A DNA stretch of 64,000 bases. Origin: Lineus longissimus. Its lineage: Eukaryota. Of this stretch, positions 1 to 13,395 are shown in pieces. The notes below the pieces were generated by a model. It worked only from the letters and a program-made list of their open reading frames with translations. It was not told the DNA's origin and made no database searches. How positions within the stretch are numbered: the first letter of the stretch is position 1; each line of letters opens with the position of its first letter. The stretch covers positions 1,178,001-1,242,000 of the forward strand of contig NC_088308.1 of the NCBI RefSeq assembly GCF_910592395.1, in the 5' to 3' direction. The position numbers and the translations under genes are program-made.

Positions 1-3000
1 GCGAAATGTATGGTAATTTAGTTAAATTGAGTTGAAATGTACTTCAGGGAGCCGATTAGTATTTCCACGCACTTTTCTACAAGTTTAGCTATGTACGTTT
101 ATGGCAAAAGTGGCGCCAACGACAGACCCTTCTCAATGAAATGTCCCTGTATCACGAAGGCAGGTAATTGATAAATAATTTGGTTGATGGTACATGTGCA
201 GCTCGTGGATACGTTGTACGTTTTACTCTGTTCCAAACAGAATAGGAAGATCAAGGATGGGGCTGACGAGGGCCAGCATGTCTCACGTACATAATGCCTT
301 CTTTAGCCCACCGCTCTACCGGCCGCAAGAAGAAAATTACTGGTCCTGCAGTCTCCGAGGCCCCAAACCGAAAGTGGAACCATCAAACCTCTCGCTGGTC
401 GACCTTAGCACACTGAGCAGCGTAGCAATATCAAAGTCGGCACAAAGGCATCCCTTGGGTAAGAAAGTGAGAAGCCAACATGGCATCCTGCTCTATCAAA
501 TGATACTCTGACTGTCCTTGGGGGAGATAGATTTCAATAATGTGGAGTTGTCAACAGTTGATATAGATTTCATACAGGGGTCAAGACATGAAACATAGAT
601 ATACGTCGGTATTCAACACTTTATATGTTGTCCCAACAAGATTCAGTCTTCTCTTCTCGCGATAGTGAGAAAAGAACTTGCCCTGACATTGAACGAACGC
701 TGTTTGAATCAAATTATCATGCGACACTTACCATTTAGTATAAACCAATCCTGGGCATGCTGAATTCCCGGCGTTGGTCATCAGTCTAAGTGCGACCAAC
801 GCACGAAGGCCTACTCTACATGATCACGAGCAGCATCATGATGACTTTTGGTGACCAACTGATGAATAAACTCACATTCAAGTTTCTGTGCCTGTCTAGA
901 AACTCATGGTTTGAATAAGAAGGACTAACGAAACGTATACAAGACAAGGGAATTCCCGACCTTGACCAATTGCTTTTGACCTCAAGGTAACTGAGAAAGC
1001 AACCACACGGGAATGTTACAGTATATCACTATCAGTATCGTGGAGAGAGCTTGGTCAGAGTTCCACAGAAAACCAGGACTTCATAATCAATCAGTTGGCA
1101 TTGTTGCGACGACCAAGGAGATGATGTGATAATGGTATCAGATTGTGATATACCTCTAAGAAATGATCATATGGAGTGGAACGCTTTGCGTTCGATACTG
1201 TACACACTATTATAATGTGGTAGTGCAACATTGGGAGAAACGGATGGAATGATATGCTCTTGATTGTTCCAAAAACGTGAATAGAAACATGCAGTCCCAT
1301 ATGCATATTTCTCCATTTTCCCAATGAAAATGAATTAATGATTTCATTAAGCGTAAATAATGTTATCCATGTTGCATTTTAATCAAGCATTACATACTTC
1401 ATTTGGCACCGTATAAAACATAATCAACTTGACTACCAACAAGCGTCTATTTAAAATGCCTGATGTAGTCGTTATTGCAAACTGCCTCTTTTAATTCACC
1501 TGCAATGAAAAGCACCACTTTGTGAACCTCAGCCTCAAGACTACAGTCATACTTATTGCTTTTAGGATGCTGACGAACTGGACCAATCCCTCTGGTCACT
1601 CTCAGTGCCCAAGTAATGATTTTCTTTCGCATTCGCCTCCAGCACGTTCTTCTGCCCGCTGACGACAAGAGGCCACTTCAAGCATGTTGACGCACTAGTT
1701 ACTGAGATACAGTTTTCTTAATCATTCAAAGAAAGGAAAACCCACACTTTTTCTAAGTTAAAGAGGCCTAGCAATATTGACAAAAACAAGAAACCTGATG
1801 ACAAAGCTTAATTAAATTCCGATCGATTAAGTACAAATTCCGCGGAAATCTCAAAATGATGAAGTGGCGTTTTGGATTATTGGATAAAGAATGTTATGGT
1901 TGTGTTTTGCGGTCAGCCATTGTGTCTTCATGAGTAATATTACCTTCGGGTATTTCGTTTATTCAGATTTTGACTGTTCCTTATAAATGTAAGCCACTTG
2001 TGCTAAACGCCTTTTTATTATATCTGGACACATTTCCATTCGGTTTAAACTGTTCCCACCCACCTAACGGGTTATGTGTGAAGTCGGAAGTGCGTTCTGT
2101 GAATTCCAATTTAACCATTAGTCAACGAAGTTAAAGGTGATTAAATCTTGATATTAGGCTTGGTTTAAAAGTGGTATCGCACCCGTCAACCCAATCCTAC
2201 CTTTTCCTCGTCCAATACACTTTTCTGAGAACTACAGTACATGTACATGTACCACTCACTTTACGAACAGTTTATATCTTACTATCATTCATTCATTACA
2301 ACCGAAGAAAAGGTTCAAATCCATCGGGAAAAATGCATCAAAAAATGTATGTAAAAATGTACAGAGGATGTTGCGGCCTTCATGGAGTCTCATGTTTCTT
2401 TCCAGAAACGAAAACAGACGATGACGTAACGTTATGGTTCCCGAACTGAGGGAGCATGGGGGGGGGGGGGGGTTGGCGCGTTATTGGTAGTTATCAACAT
2501 AAGATCTACTCTAACTCGTTTCTTGAACTGGCATATATCGATTGATCTTCGATGACACAACTCGGCAAGTATCGACAATGTCTCTGAAGGATCGGATTGT
2601 TATTCTCTTGGCGGCGGGAAAGACTCTCCTGGACTCAAGGCGCCAGTAACAACCAACGCAACACAATATTGTCATTGCTGGAATCGAGTGTTTGTGCGTG
2701 TTTTGTACACTATAACCCTAATAGTTGTCCTATCATTAAGAGTATACAAAGCCTTCTTCTCTGCATATTACTAGTAGTCACCATCCCATGGCATTGTTTT
2801 TGACATCGTTACTTTCGTCAATTCGTGGAAACTACACGAGCTTTGTATGCGGGACGCGTTAGAGTGACATGTATATATCAGATCTCCCATAGAACTAAAC
2901 TACCTGTTTTCTATTTATACTCAAGTCATCACTTTCTTCCAACTGGTGATACGAAACATAATGGAATGACTTTTTGATTCGGTTTTCCCTTGAATACTTC

Positions 3001-5531
3001 ATAAACTTCTTGTTATAAACGCATTTGATATTCGTCTCATCACCTTGGTCTAAATGTTGCCTTTCCTGCCATTAGGAACTGATCCAGAAGGAAGGCAACT
3101 ATTCATCCTTCACGAACTGAATGATAATGGTTGAAACAAGGTAGACATTGCCATTGACTTAATGAGAGACTTAAAGCAACTGTGGACTAGGTGTCGCCAC
3201 TGTAAATCAATCTCGAGAGGTGAGCTACCGGTCCCTTGTCGATTTCATACATGAAAAGATCAGTAAATATTGTCTTGGACCGTAAGCAGTCCTACGATCA
3301 GCACCGGTGAGTGAAGCCCTCATTTTGGTGAAGCTGCTACAATGAGGGAAATACATGGACATAATCATCGATCTCCGTCACAGGTGTTTGCAAGATGAAA
3401 TGTGTACAAAATGAGTATAACAAAGCCATGACAGTCAAAAGGAAGGAAGAGGAGAAGAAGAGATGGAGGTTATCTACGTTCGTCAATGAAGAGAGAGAAG
3501 CATACTATTTTTGACGGGAACTACATCTACATCAACTTGAGACACCTTATCAAGCATCGAAATCGAAATAGATCGAATTGCAATTACCTCTTTTTCTTCT
3601 TATTCGAATATCCTCAGAATGTTGCTTTCTTCATGTCCAACGTGTGTCCAAGGGGTTTCACTCCGTGCAGCTCTTCCAAAAGACAGCGTATGGCGTGTTT
3701 CAGCTCTCATGAATCAGGTAATTCATCGGCCATAATTGAGAATGAATGCAAACCACACGTGAATAATGATAAGTACTTATGAGAACATCAGAAAGTTTTT
3801 AACGCATTTAAAGAGAACAAGTCGTGGTGATGCGTTTTACGCGAAAAGCTGACTTGACTTGTGGGGATCGCGTATGAACAATTTAGATAACCTGGCAGAT
3901 TATTACTGTTGTTGTTGTTGTTGTTGTTCTCCCGTTATTGGGTCATCTAATTTCATCCCATTGAAATTAGCCACGTGACTTTTCTTCTCCTCGTTATCCT
4001 CTTGCCTGGGGATGGATCCTAAGGTTAAAGGTTTGGTTGAAACCGTCTACGACTACAATGACTGATTAGGAGAATCTCTTATAAGACGTTGTCCTGTTTC
4101 TATTTTCTTGTTCTCTTCCTTTCAAGATCTTTCCCTTCAACTTACTTCCAGCCGACAACTTCGTGCTTACCTTCACACCACTTGAAATATGAGTTATCGA
4201 TCAGCAATCAATGATTCATCTTAGGTTTACATCGCTCAGAAATGGCGACTGTAGTCTTCCGAAACTTCCGCGCCGAAACAACAACAACGAATTCGTTTTC
4301 TGTTTACCGAATCAATTTCGACGAATAGGACGTAATTTTGTTGACATCTCTTCGGAAATGTTTAGCGCGCAAGTGGGAATATATTTGATCGCTTGCGGCC
4401 TCCAGTAACTGGGAGCAATTGAGATTAATTAGTTGGTATGATTGTCAATATAATGTTTCATTTGCCACCCATTATTTTATCGACCGTGCCGAGACAGGGC
4501 GACTGTCGCCACGGGATTGTGATTGTTGGGAGCTTGAGATGCATTGGGACAAGGCCACACGACGACAACCACATCCATCTATTTGAAAGGCGATGTGATG
4601 CTGGCGCTGGTAACTCTGTGTCGGCGAGGCTACAGTCGCTACAAGCTATGGTCGATGCAATTAACTGTGGTTAATGCATTTGGCTTTAAACAGGTGGTCA
4701 TTAGTTCATTGGTGACTACGTGTATGGACATAGGCCGTTGTTCCAAAAAAATAATGATATGTGCAAATTTGACTTCTCGAGCAGACGACCAAAGTGTCAC
4801 CTGACGACCTCTAGGGCATGTCAAGGACATCTCATGGACAGACGAGCACTCGTAAAACCGCCCTTGAGGAGAGGGTAAACCCACTAACAGCCCCTCAGCG
4901 CCACACAAGCACCTAGCACGTTTGCCCTCGTCCTTGACAAATGTTTATAAAGTTGACATCCGCAGGAAGCGAGGTTTGCTGGGCGTCGGGTAAATTTACC
5001 AACGGTGTGGTTGAGCGGGTGGAGTGGGTTAGACCAAGAAGTCCGTCCCTATACGTCTGTATACCTCCTAATATTTCGCCGTCGTCGAGTATACTGGCTA
5101 CTCAAGATTGACTGCTACTAAAAACCGGATGGCGGCGTTTTTGACAAGGCGCCACCTGCTGGCGACTTCTTGGACGGTCGACGAGCCTGCGGATCTTAGG
5201 GCTGAACAAAGGTTCCATAAAACAAAAGCTGCTTGCCGATTAAATTGTCAGTTAGTCTAGCGCAATGATACACTCCGGACGCATTGGACCGGCCTCTGTC
5301 TGTCGCCCGTTGAAGAGACGCTCGTGAATGAGACGCTCAGGATGACGGATAACGGACTGCCCCGCGAGTCTTGGCGCAAGACTGTAGTATATGAAGTGCT
5401 GCCATCTTCTAAACGCGTCAAGCAAAATCCTGCCGAGCTCACCAACGCCTTGTTTGAAGCAAGCGGCACTACATGAATTTACTCTACAATTCAGCTGCTG
5501 ATTCATAGTGGCAACGAAATTCATTTCAGCT

Positions 5532-6554
5532 TTAATGTATACTCGAGCAAAGTTTCAAGAAATTTTCTCGGAATATTCTATTGGAAACGCAGTAAGCTAC
5601 AAAATTCAGTGCAGAATCGCATACAATGAGAACCAAACCGATCTTTCTGCCATAGTTGTAAAAAGGGCTGTCATCGGCGAACCTTACGCCAATGATGCTG
5701 ATCAAGCGGTCAAAGATGGGAAGTGTCTCGCATATTGTAAACAGGCCCACTAAAGAAATGATTGTGACGGTCGCTTGAGTCTGGCTTTTTTCAGTCTGAA
5801 TCCGTTTATCCGTCATACTGAGGCGTTCTTGCATCGACTTCCTCACTGAAATGATTAGGATGATGTTCATCGAATAGATCAGGATCATTGGGATGAAGTA
5901 AAGGCCCGCTAAGTAGGTAATCATGTCGATGAGATGAGCCTCGGGGAGATGATTGACCACTAACTCCGTCAAGCCGGAGCAAGGGTTGATGCCAACTGTG
6001 AGAAACGCATACCAGTATCGTGGCCCATAACTCGCAGCGGAAACACAAACAATCACGACAGACACCTTGCCTGCTTTCCCCTTGGTGCAATGTTTTCTTG
6101 CCCAAAGTGGAAACACGATGTTAAGGAATCTCTCTGATGTGATGACCACGATCAACCAGTTCCTTGTCATAAGAGAGGCGTAATAAAGCGGGGCGGTGGC
6201 GTATGATGTGACAGCGCCAATATGGCTGTCAGGTCTGGCGAATAGTTCAACACGATTGGTGAAATAAACGACCATGTGGCGAATAAAGAAATAGATCAGG
6301 CAAGCCGTCAGGAAAAACAGATCACACACGGCAAGTATCCGCAGGAGAAAAACCGACGTCTTCGCAACATTGCTCATGGTCCGTAGAACGATGATGTTTA
6401 AAATGTTTAGCAACATGCCAATGAGAACAGCGGGCGTGATTGCACACGTGTACAGATAGAAGACATCCGCGTAGACACTCTTATAACGGCATTCCCCTCG
6501 TATGAGGCCTCTCTCGGTCAGTGTTTGGTTTATTGAGATAGTTGTTTGGACCAT
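5532..6554 (-). CDS. Intronless class A (rhodopsin-like) GPCR, FMRFamide/peptide-receptor-like, ~340 aa
   Basis: Seven hydrophobic segments. TM1 G..LN, TM2 LAVCDL, TM3 end TSERFL (DRY equivalent) followed by VFPL, TM5 FIP, TM6 FTICETLP, TM7 DSALNFVAY with helix-8 FR. The start is placed at ATG 6554 (context ACCATGG, N-terminal NQT sequon), not at the ORF-track TTG at 6638. Confidence 0.9.
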   Translation of the reverse strand: MVQTTISINQTLTERGLIRGECRYKSVYADVFYLYTCAITPAVLIGMLLNILNIIVLRTMSNVAKTSVFLLRILAVCDLFFLTACLIYFFIRHMVVYFTNRVELFARPDSHIGAVTSYATAPLYYASLMTRNWLIVVITSERFLNIVFPLWARKHCTKGKAGKVSVVIVCVSAASYGPRYWYAFLTVGINPCSGLTELVVNHLPEAHLIDMITYLAGLYFIPMILIYSMNIILIISVRKSMQERLSMTDKRIQTEKSQTQATVTIISLVGLFTICETLPIFDRLISIIGVRFADDSPFYNYGRKIGLVLIVCDSALNFVAYCVSNRIFRENFLKLCSSIH

Positions 6555-8433
6555 GGTTGTCAACTCTGTCGCAGCAACGCTAGTTTTTGATAGGAAGAAA
6601 TTTCGCAGAGTAACGTACTCAATCTCTTTCAACAACAAGCGACTCCAGACTTCGTGAAGGAGATAGTCACAAAACTTCCTGTCTCCCGAGCATGATGACC
6701 GCAGGTCACAGCCTCCAATCGCTCAGCGTTTGCGGAGCGCTTGGCGGGGATTCGAATTATGGCTATGCGTGATGAAGTATTCCTCGTCGAGCCAATGCAA
6801 TTCGTAACCCATCCGATCGCTACTGAATGATAGCACTACGATGTGGTTAGTGAAAGAAAAACTTGGGTTGTGCTCCCATAGTCGCCAGCAAAACACCTAC
6901 AACTCCGTCAGTCACAGACCCTAACCCTAATATTTGATGTTTCTCATCCACTTCGAGCGAGACGTATATGGCCGGTTCGTTATTTAAGAACATTGAACAA
7001 ACGTCCTTTTAAGCTACATGTATATACAATTACAATAAAGTTATTCCTGTGGTATGATGAACAGTAAACGAAAATATCCTTTTATTTATCATATACGATC
7101 ATAGTGCTTTATTCGCTTTCATCTATTATGATATATATGTACGGTGCCTGGGAAAGGACATCACATAATCTTTTTTTCGAAGTAAATGTTTTTTTGACCA
7201 TGATTTTTGGCGCAAGGTTTCAAAAGGTGCCCCCGGCCCCCCGAGAGACTTTTGCCCCCCCCCTCCCCCACCAGACCAAAAGCTAGCTTCGCTCCTGGTA
7301 ATCAGATCATGATTTCCCGAGGATGCTAAAGATGCTGGTTGAAACTGCATCTGATTGTTACAGACAACGCCGGCAACCATTGTTAACCAAAGGATGACGG
7401 ATGAAGCTCTCTCTAGAAACATTATCGATTGTTACCAGCAGTGGTAGCAGGTCGCTCAGCGGATGCTGTGCCTGCTGCGTGGAGACGGCGATTCCTCTTT
7501 TAGAAGCAACCAAAATGGCGCCGCTCGGTTCGGTCTTCTTCTCCGTTCTCTGTCACATCGGTCCTTCTCACCAAATAGGATCATAATAAACTCCAGGTTT
7601 ATATCACAGGAATGAATACGGTAAGGCTACCACTTATTCGAATTTTAAGATTTTCTCCGTTTAAGGGAATTATCTCCATGACGATTAGACCAAATATGTC
7701 TTTAGCGCTGAAAGCCGAAGTGAATAAATGAGACATATTAATGACAGGTACTATATATATTTCAGCATGTCTCATTCACCGCCAGTGTACACGTTTGAAA
7801 TGTATGAAACCCTCTAGACAACAGTAATAGTATACATTTGTATTTAGCATCTTTATTCAGTTTTTACCCATTCCGTCGCTTTTGCTTAAATCAATTTCCA
7901 TCTCCGCACATATTGCCTTGACGACGGGCGGCTGTACTCTCGTCGGTATGTTCTGCTACAGCGAAATTTACGATGGTACATCGCAATATGTGTAGGAAAC
8001 GATTAGCAAAATGAATGGATATTCATGGCTAATCTTCTTCGATATTTTGGCGGAATGAATGCATGAATTAACCATGTGCGTGTCCTGTAGCTGCGATCCT
8101 CGGAGACAACCCCGTAGCCGCAATCACTCCTTCACTGGCGGAATGCGTCATCCAAAAATTGATATTCCGTGAATAAGATGATGTTATCAATTGCTTTTAT
8201 CTATGTCGATGTACGCTTCCACTAAACCCCGAGTGGCTGTTACAGTGGTGTTATAGAACGAATCAGGTTATGAGACGCAGCCATCAGCATTTGATGTTCT
8301 CAGTCCTGACGACATAACATTATGGCTAAAAGCGATTGATAATAGAATTTTTATCAGAGTGTCCTGATCACTAAATAGGATTGACCAATGTTGCAACCTT
8401 GCCCAAATAGACCGGCTGGCCCGTCCCATTACA

Positions 8434-8500
8434 AGAGGTTTCGAACCCACGAACTTCCGATCTCAAGTCGAACGCGCTTTCATTGTGCCACCTCGCCTCC
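8434..8500 (-). mobile_element. tRNA-derived SINE head or tRNA pseudogene
   Basis: The minus strand has an A-box-like TGGCACAATGA, an anticodon-like arm TTCGA-CTTGAGA-TCGGA and a B-box GGTTCGAAACC. The acceptor stem does not pair and the T stem is mismatched. Confidence 0.55.
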
Positions 8501-11500
8501 CAAAAGGTTCCCGGCGAAATCGCCAGGTCCAGATGGAGGTTACACATCGCCCTAGATGCTAACCTGCATCATAAGATAAGATGGTCAGTAGTATTTCATG
8601 CCACGAGTCTTGTCCTCAACGTTTTGGGCCCAGGAGCGCAAACTACTCGGCGTCGGATTTCATTGAAATTTAGTTATCATTGGTCTGAATATAAGGGGTA
8701 CTGTAGGAGTTGTGTTGTATGTACCCCATCCTCAGAAACGAACACTCAGCCATCACATTCATATTGTATGTCTAACAACACCAGCGGGAAAACAGTATTC
8801 AAACGTCCCGGTATTTGCTATGACCTTTGACGCACCCGTGCTGCTATATTCCATCAGCATCATATAAACGCGCACCATCTCTATATATGCTCATACTGTC
8901 ACTCTATTAGATTGATAGCTCCCTAAAGCATACTGATGTTTTCACTAACGAGATATTGCTATCCTATGATGTGATAAAAGTACTTCATAAAAGCGATCAA
9001 ATAGGCTAAGGTGCGGGTTGGAAAGATGTCTAGTCGTATTGTCGGTTGAGCTGTAGAGGGTAGGGTATGTCAGAAACCATGCCTGCCAAAATTGGGCCTA
9101 ATCATGTACAAGTTTCTATTAAGTTATTGAAGCTATCCATAAAGCTAGCGTAGGCCCTGTCATGGCCAGCACCGAAAATGCTCAATTGACCCTCAGATAT
9201 GAAAATTGTTTGAAACTTGACGCACGTTTCGTAACGCTCTAGCGTGTCTGGCGGTAAATCCAACGTGACAACATGCTTTTCTAATCAAAAGCGATATCCC
9301 AATGCTACATTTCTCATTGATTCTGCTTTCGCAGTGCAGCGCAGCCACGTTTCCCAAGCGAGTGGTCACCATTGTCGCAACTCGTCAAACCTGAGATATC
9401 ATGCGATTCATCTGTTCGTCCAGTTCTTGCTTTTTTAAACACTGCCTCAGCTAGTAGTATGGTCTGTGCATCCAGGCACCGCTGACTGGCTATACATGAT
9501 CACCTTGAGTTGGGAATGGATTAACAGTCAAAGGATGCCCACGTATCAACACGATCAGACAGAAGCTGGGGTTTATTGGCAGCTGACTGTAAGCCATGAA
9601 ATGCATTACCAACATATCTCATGCCCAAGTTGTCCCGCTTCAGAGACGCTATAAAGATGGAACTCATTATCCTACAGTTGACATTCCTCTTGCAGGGGAA
9701 GTACTGGCGTACTAACTGGCGCTCTCGTCGGCAACAAGGGTGCTGTGAAAACGTAAAAGAAGTTGAAGGGGAGGCAACCTAAATCACGTCAGCTTGCAAA
9801 ACCCGACTTTCGTATCAATACCGGCTGCACTTGGATCACTGACTGTATTGATACCCATCTCACTGCTTGGATTCCCTAACTCACTGTATGATACTAATAC
9901 TCACTGTATTGCTGTGAAGGAATCACAACATAAAACACGAAACATTTGCAAACTTTCCCAACCCCACGTTTAGGATGTAGCAATAAGTCTTGTATCATTG
10001 AACTCTATCCCGCAAGCACAGTCTTTGATTAAACGATAGGACGCTTACCATGTTCAGATGTCTTAAAGGGTATGAAAAGTGACAATAAGCTTTGATGCGC
10101 CGCTTGCTTTAGGCGACTCATCGCGATACCAATTGAATTTTGCAGCGCTGCGCAGTCTCTTTATGCGCTGTGACATCGCTCCGATTAGATTCTACCTCGT
10201 CCAAAGTCTTCCCCCAAGATGTTCCTGCTTGTGACACTGTGTCGAGCTGAATTTGAAGACGTCACCCACATTCCCAGTGGAAAGCCTTAGTTCTGAGTTT
10301 CGTGTGAAACATGTTTTCATCGCCAAGAAAAGCCATTTTTGTTCTTTAACTCAGCATATACCAAAATGTATAAGGCGATATATGTCAACTCCTGTGCATC
10401 GTTGGTATAAACGTAAGGATACAAATATAGATACAGTTCTATATTTTTTATAAAGGTTATGAATACACGTTTACATCAGCCATCTTGCTTCCCGCGTCTC
10501 TAGCGTTAGTTACATTAGCTTAACGCAGATGACACCACTATACAATGTTGCAATTACTGTATAGCAGGTTAGTTACTGTAGAGGCATACTGTCACAATAT
10601 ATAACCAATGTTTTGCTATTACGGTTTTTCTCACAGTTAGGGTCTTTCTCATCCTCCTTGCGCAGTTATAGGAGTGTGATGAGGCGGTAACCTGCTTGAA
10701 TCTTACGTCTGTTTTGGAGAATGGGTCTTTCTGTTCTTTAAGAATGCATGTTACCTTTCGGCAGATGTAAGATATAAAAAAATCCGCGATGTATGCGATG
10801 CTGGTGAAATTAGTTATCTCCATGGCAATAGGAAAATGCTCCATTATCCGCGCTTCCAATTCATGAATAATTTGATATCACTCTGGGAATATTTCACCTT
10901 AAGCATAATTGTTAAGAAACCTTTGGTCTACTCATCGGCCTGCACCAACAAATGTTATGAACCATATTCGTAGCGAAGATTGAGAGCAAAGGAGAGTATA
11001 TTCGATTGTCACTGGTCCGCTATCTGATTGATTATCAGTTTGATATCTCCGGCAGTCTGGTTGTAGAATCTATCATAGCGGCCCTGTCAACCGATGACGT
11101 CGACTTTTGCAATATTAGGGGGCAGACTCTTGGATCAAGATGGGTACCGATTGATGTCAATCGACCTTATAGACACTGGACACGAACCCTTATCATCGTC
11201 AACCAATGACACGTCCTGATATCAACTACAATAAGATGAAGCTACTCATTAACGGCTCGCAAATGCACGTGACTTGCCATAATTGCACCTCATGGGTTCT
11301 CAATCCAGCAGTACGAGGTATATCATGACAGTATCAATATCTTATGACATCACTGACTGCGTCTAGGGTCAGACACACATGTTTCTTATGATTCGGTACA
11401 ATCCCCACAGAAATGTTTCATAAAAGCTGTATTTATCAATGTCTTCAAAACGTTTGTCTGTCACCTTGGCATGCAGCCTGGCTCAACTGCAGTAGGCTGT

Positions 11501-12063
11501 GACGAGGTGAACACACTTTGAAACCTTACATCGACATCGATATAAGCTATATTTGGGCCGCCTCGGATTTCCTGTTTTCCTGCAGTTGAGAGTATGCAAC
11601 TGGAGAATGTTTATTGTAGAGAATACTGCTAATAACGAGATCAAACATGAAACAGAATCAGACATGCTATATCATCTTGTTATTCAAGTTTCAATTTAAA
11701 TCTGATAGTGACATTGGTGTCAAATTAGAAGTGGTATAGTGCAGAGCACTGTCGCAATCAACTGGGCTATCAGCTGGGACAAGTACTTAGGGTACAGAAG
11801 TTCACAATCAGCTTTGGCCACAACCGCAAAAAAGCTATTCAGTTAGCTCATATTTTTGGGGCTTTTTTGGTATTATAACTGCTGGCCAGTTTCTTGTTAG
11901 CCAAGGGCAAGATTGCGACATTTCATCAACTTGGGCATTCTGATTACTGCTGCAGTGAAACCTGCTCGCAAACACCGATGTTATCTCAAGCATAGATTCC
12001 TTTTTGGCGGGAAAACCTAATCATCCATTTTGTCCCCGGATTTTCAACTTCACTAACGCGACA

Positions 12064-12126
12064 ACCCCGGTAACGCGACCATTCAACCTCGGTCCCATGA
12101 GTGGTCATGTTACCGGGGTTCCACTG
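12064..12126 (-). mobile_element. End of a Tc1/mariner-pogo-type MITE, same family as 45252-45428
   Basis: The reverse complement CAGTGGAACCCCGGTAACATGACCACTCATGGGACCGAGGTTGAATGGTCGCGTTA closely matches the left end of the 45252 element. Confidence 0.75.
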
Positions 12127-13395
12127 CACCGTATCGAGAATGGGTATTCGAAAAAGGTGGATCCCTGGCTGCCAGCTGGATTTACTGGACCTCAGATATC
12201 TGCAGCAAATGGTGATGCTCAGCTTTGACTAACAAAAAGGAAGACACGCCAAACTAAGTGATTCTTTGATTCGTCAGACGGCTTTGGGTGATCAATCAGA
12301 CCGAAGCCGAACTCAAGTGAGATTGACTCGAGCCCACTAATAAAGACATTTCCCCAATTAAAAATGTTCCCTTTGATTGTCTAGCGAGGGAACTGCTGCA
12401 AAGCATGATATAGTGCTTGTACATCTATCATATGAATCGAGAGATGAATAGAGAGGTCCCGCACTCCAACTCTGGCAATAACGTCCGTCATTTGAAATCA
12501 AGTTATGAAATGTCTGAAATGTTAATGTATCCGTCGCAGTGATTTGCTCGAAGCTTCCATTTGGTGAAACTGAAATTGTATCATCTATTTCATGAGTTTG
12601 TTAATAATTCATAAACAGATAATCAGGCCCATTTTCCGATGAAGCCATGCTGTTATTCCAATACAATGCAATAGGGCAATCTGGCCTGGAATTTCATTTG
12701 ATCGGAGATGGCACACTGTCAAAACAGCGGTGAACTTGTCTTTGTTCCGTTTTAGCACTCGTCCTCATACCGAACCAATAAAACATCCTATGGTATACCC
12801 CGGCTGAAACGTTTTTTGTTAAACATACTCAAGGGCACATTCTACTGTTATCGGATTTCAATTCTTTATCAAATATCGATGGTGATGTAAAAAGCATTAT
12901 CGTTGTACAAGCAATAAAAACTGGCAAGGTCCCACCTATTATTGATCAGAAAGCGTTTGTTATCTCATTCAAAACACATTATGTACGACAGGGCAGAATC
13001 CACTACTGACATACTCAATACAGTGGTTGCTTAGTCTCCAAACAGACATTTCTTCCGAACATCCTTTCTTTGAGATGCTTCCAAATTGGTCTAACCTTTG
13101 GTCTAACTTTGGTCTAACGTTCGGTAAGCCCCAACATTGTAGCTAATACGCAGCAACAAGGGAGTGCCGCACTAATTAGATTCTTTGTTATGACAAAATC
13201 GATCAGAAAAGGGCATGTCGGGTTTGCATCATTCTGTTCCATCGGCATTGGAAATAAAAAGCCAGGGAGCATCACGATCACGGTATACAATGAGTCGCAC
13301 TCGTAGTGTTCAAAGAAAACAAAGGATAGTGTTCAAGAAGCGAAGATATTATTGCGGCTGCCACAGAACTTAACGGGCTTGAACTTTTTGTTGTC

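Noticed and set aside
60..511. Possible exons of a gene entering from the left (donor ~164, acceptor 240)
   Set aside because: Phases are compatible, but the product is unrecognisable and the upstream context is missing.
7126..7422. Signal-peptide-like ORF upstream of the GPCR
   Set aside because: It runs into a poly-G/repeat-like segment, and I could not splice it to a downstream exon.
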